Shown one piece after another: positions 63,063 through 64,000 of a stretch of 64,000 nucleotides of DNA. The first letter of the stretch is position 1. Each line of letters begins with the position of its first letter. Source of the stretch: Myxococcota bacterium. Lineage in GTDB: Bacteria; Myxococcota; XYA12-FULL-58-9; JABJBS01. The DNA lies in NCBI GenBank assembly GCA_036339465.1, contig JAYZAY010000020.1:1-64000 (forward strand), given 5' to 3'. A program made the translations under genes and the position numbers. The notes under the pieces are model-generated. The model ran no database searches, had not been told where the DNA came from, and worked only from the letters and a program-made list of their open reading frames with translations.

Positions 63063-63755
63063 ATGATGAATATCGAAATCTTGTGTCGGCCGGCAGCATC
63101 TTCTGCCCTGGTTAAGCTAAATCAAGGCGAAGAACTCACCGCTGAGGTTGGTGCCATGATTGCCATGAGCCCGAATCTTCGAGTCGAAACCACCAGCCGA
63201 CACCGCGGCGCCAAGGGTGGTATTATGAAAGGCATCAAACGCATATTTTCCGGCGAGAATTTCTTCCTGAATCATTTCACCGCCGCTGCTGATGACCAAG
63301 AGCTCTATATTGGCCCCGCCTTAATGGGGGATATTTGCACGCACAATCTAAGGAGTGAAACCTTGATCATTCAAGGTTCCAGTTGGCTGGCATCCGGCAC
63401 GGGCATTGAAGTCGATACGACCTTCCAGGGGTTTGGAGCAGCCCTATTTAGCGGCGAAAGTGTTTTTTGGGTCAAATGCAGTGGCCAGGGAGTCGTGATA
63501 TTAAACAGCTTCGGCGCAATTTACGAAATCGATGTAGACGGTGAATATATCGTCGATACCGGCCACATCGTTGCATTTGAAGACACCCTAAACTTTAATA
63601 TTTCCAAGGCTGGTAGTAGCTGGGTTTCTAGCTTCTTGGGTGGCGAGGGGTTGGTTTGCCGATTCAAAGGTCAGGGCAAGCTCTATTGCCAAACCCATAA
63701 TCCACCTAGCTTTGGACAAAGCCTCACCCCCAAACTCAGACCTCGCCAAGCATAA
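63063..63755 (+). CDS. TIGR00266/AIM24 family protein 2
   Basis: AEVGAMIAMS, SGENFFLN, VDTGHIVAF, GGEGLV, YCQTHN. Confidence 0.9.
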   Translation: MMNIEILCRPAASSALVKLNQGEELTAEVGAMIAMSPNLRVETTSRHRGAKGGIMKGIKRIFSGENFFLNHFTAAADDQELYIGPALMGDICTHNLRSETLIIQGSSWLASGTGIEVDTTFQGFGAALFSGESVFWVKCSGQGVVILNSFGAIYEIDVDGEYIVDTGHIVAFEDTLNFNISKAGSSWVSSFLGGEGLVCRFKGQGKLYCQTHNPPSFGQSLTPKLRPRQA

Positions 63756-63766
63756 AAGAGAAAGAA

Positions 63767-64000
63767 ATGGACACGGAATACAATTTTAATATTGAGCTAC
63801 GACCAGATTACTCACTCCTACGCGTCAAGCTTCGAGAAGGACAAAAGATTTTTGCGGAACCCTCAGCAATGGCGACCATGGATACTTGTATCAAGCTCAA
63901 GGCAGGTTTCAAGGGAGGCGTGATGTCTACTCTTAAACGCGGCCTTGGCGGTGAAAGTCTGATCATCAATACCTTTACCGCCGATCAAGAAGGGGAAGTG
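63767..64000 (+). CDS. TIGR00266/AIM24 family protein 3 (3' truncated by window; not in ORF track)
   Basis: Manual translation MDTEYNFNIELRPDYSLLRVKLREGQKIFAEPSAMATMD...GGESLIINTFTA. Confidence 0.88.
   Translation, partial: MDTEYNFNIELRPDYSLLRVKLREGQKIFAEPSAMATMDTCIKLKAGFKGGVMSTLKRGLGGESLIINTFTADQEGEV

Overview
Mostly core-genome window of a bacterium that looks like a Myxococcota-type deltaproteobacterium. This is inferred from the kinase-fused sigma54 activator, the zinc-ribbon/kinase/FGE protein, the type-B sdhCAB and the WD40 lipoprotein; no database check was possible. It holds about 55 genes: icd-mdh-sdhCAB, fabI, PBP1a, ftsY-zapA-hldA-hldC/gmk divergent from lpxB-msbA-PHP, one tRNA(CAT), an isolated motAB pair, and an M48 protease followed by three AIM24 genes. 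I found no CRISPR array, IS element, prophage or recognisable defence system. The most notable observations are: (1) an in-frame fusion of heptose-1-phosphate adenylyltransferase and guanylate kinase; (2) a cluster of four zinc-free ribosomal proteins, including an L33 missed by the ORF track; (3) a 1628-aa kinase-ATPase-TPR-GAF-sigma54 activator with a candidate -24/-12 promoter directly downstream and a membrane pseudokinase nearby; (4) an Oma1-like protease plus three AIM24 genes in one operon; (5) a 4.5-kb patch of decayed genes (DUF1295, marC, cytochrome c/Cu-monooxygenase-like) containing a gene split at a G7 tract; (6) an MshEN-like/CheX fusion that lacks the catalytic ExxN motif. All family calls come from motif recognition by eye, and several start codons are approximate.
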